Of a DNA stretch of 64,000 bases, positions 62,744 to 64,000 are shown piece after piece. The position numbers were made by a program, and so were the translations under genes. Source of the stretch: a virus (Duplodnaviria; Caudoviricetes); the IMG/VR virus record IMGVR_UViG_2882284595_000003, positions 9,169 to 73,168 of that record. One strand, given 5' to 3'. Below the pieces are notes generated by a model. That model made no database searches. It was not told the DNA's origin and saw only the letters and a list, made by a program, of their open reading frames with translations. Each line of letters starts with the position of its first letter. Position 1 is the stretch's first letter.

Positions 62744-64000
62744 CTATGCATGCATGGCAGCCAGCAGCGTGGTATCTCCCCCTTGTTCGACTTTGTCGAG
62801 GTAGTCGGCCCAGCTTTGCAGCATTGTCCGGCGCTCTTCCATGTATTGAGCGCGATTGTAGGCGGCCCGTACTTGGTTTGGTTCCTTGTGAGACAGCTGC
62901 CGCTCGATGGCATCGGGGTTGAAGCCGGCTTCATTCAGAATGGTGGAAGCGGTGGCGCGGAAGCCGTGGGTGACTACATGCCCATTTTCCGTATTTTTGC
63001 CGCTATACCCCATGCGTTCGAATGCCTTGAGCAGTGTGGCTTTGCTCATATGCCGGCCGCGATAGAAGAAACTGGGGAAGACGAAATCATTTCCCTCTAC
63101 ACGGTGCATGTGCAACTGCCTTAGGATGTCTACCGCTTGAGAAGGAAGAGGGACGATGTGGGGTGCGGCGGCGGCTTTGAGCACTCGCTTCAGCTTTCGG
63201 GTCTCCGGCGGGATGGTCCAAATGGCTTTATCCAGATCGAAGTCATCCCATTTCGCCTGGACCGTTTCACCTATCCGGGTGAAGCAGATCATGACGAGCT
63301 TGATCAAGTATTTGGTTTGCAGCGAGATGTGTTCGTTAGTGCCCAAGGCGACGAGGAAGGCTGGCAACTCCTCGCGCGTTAAGGATGGCTGTGGCTTTGT
63401 GATGGGGGTGATCAGTTCGCCAGCAAGGTCTGCAGCAGGGTTGGCCGCGGCCCGGCCTGTTTTGACCGCTCTTCGCCAGATGGCATTGCAGCGTTCACGA
63501 AGTCGGTTTGCCGTGTCGTGCAGTCCCTGTTTTTCAACAGATTGCAGGACGAGCAGCAAGTCCATTGCGCTGATGTCACGGATCGGACGGTCGCCAAGCT
63601 TGGGGAAGAGGTGGATTTCCAGTGAGCGCCAGACCCCGGTTGCATGAGTGGGCGCCCATTCCGCAGACATTTTGTTCCACCATTCCTGGGCGACGGCTTG
63701 GAAGGTGGAGGAGGCTTCGACCAGTTGCTTGCGTGCGTTCTTCTTTTTTTGTTCGCCAGGGTCTTCTCCCTGAGCCAGCAGGCGGCGTGCCTCGTCTCGC
63801 TTCAGCCGCGCTTCCTTGAGCGACACTTCTGGATAGACACCCAGGGCAAGAACCTTTTCCTTGCCTGCAAAACGGTATTTCAGGCGCCAGTATTTTGCGG
63901 CATTGGGCATGACCAGCAAGTAAAGGCCCTGGCCATCCGTGACTTTCACTTGTTTTTCGCCTGGCGTGATCCGGTCGATTTCCAGCTTTGTTAGCGGCAT
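62744..64000 (-). CDS. int: tyrosine integrase (P4-like, arm-binding N-terminal domain)
   Basis: DGQGLYL...YWRLKYRFAGKEK.LALGVYP, TRIGE, HGFRATAST, IERQLSH, AYNR. Confidence 0.96.
   Translation of the reverse strand: MPLTKLEIDRITPGEKQVKVTDGQGLYLLVMPNAAKYWRLKYRFAGKEKVLALGVYPEVSLKEARLKRDEARRLLAQGEDPGEQKKKNARKQLVEASSTFQAVAQEWWNKMSAEWAPTHATGVWRSLEIHLFPKLGDRPIRDISAMDLLLVLQSVEKQGLHDTANRLRERCNAIWRRAVKTGRAAANPAADLAGELITPITKPQPSLTREELPAFLVALGTNEHISLQTKYLIKLVMICFTRIGETVQAKWDDFDLDKAIWTIPPETRKLKRVLKAAAAPHIVPLPSQAVDILRQLHMHRVEGNDFVFPSFFYRGRHMSKATLLKAFERMGYSGKNTENGHVVTHGFRATASTILNEAGFNPDAIERQLSHKEPNQVRAAYNRAQYMEERRTMLQSWADYLDKVEQGGDTTLLAAMHA

Larger units (their letters stand above)
54030..64000. mobile_element. 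P2-like prophage, right segment (head/packaging genes, morons, cos, integrase)
   Basis: M-N-O divergent from P-Q, P2-type cos and a tyrosine integrase; att site not in window. Confidence 0.92.

Noticed and set aside
1-64000. CRISPR array, tRNA, rRNA or IS element
   Set aside because: No regularly spaced repeats, cloverleaf or stand-alone IS transposase noticed by eye; a dedicated scan was not run.

Overview
This GC-rich proteobacterial window (probably a betaproteobacterium such as Chromobacterium; inference only) is almost entirely prophage DNA. A P2-like prophage covers 1-14767 (tape measure, tail, baseplate, lysis, gpL) and 54030-64000 (gpM-N-O, gpP-Q, morons, cos, integrase). It is split between genes M and L by an apparently complete 39,262-bp transposable (Mu/B3/BcepMu-like) prophage at 14768-54029, which has TGAAG...CTTCA ends and a 6-bp target duplication GTCGGC. 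Four observations stand out. (1) The transposable phage's repressor lacks an autocleavage domain and ends in a G/N-rich motif that recurs at the N-terminus of the next gene, a membrane protein; this is a candidate homotypic-motif signalling switch. (2) Each phage carries a related PAAR-effector-immunity cassette with a shared upstream element. (3) The two unrelated phages share about 1.5 kb of near-identical tail-fibre tip and chaperone DNA. (4) Two complete sets of late promoters, a structured leader over the methylase start, two different tail-chaperone frameshift signals, a HEPN-motif moron and an unannotated 40-aa membrane peptide can be read from the sequence. All product calls come from motif and synteny recognition by eye; no database search was run.
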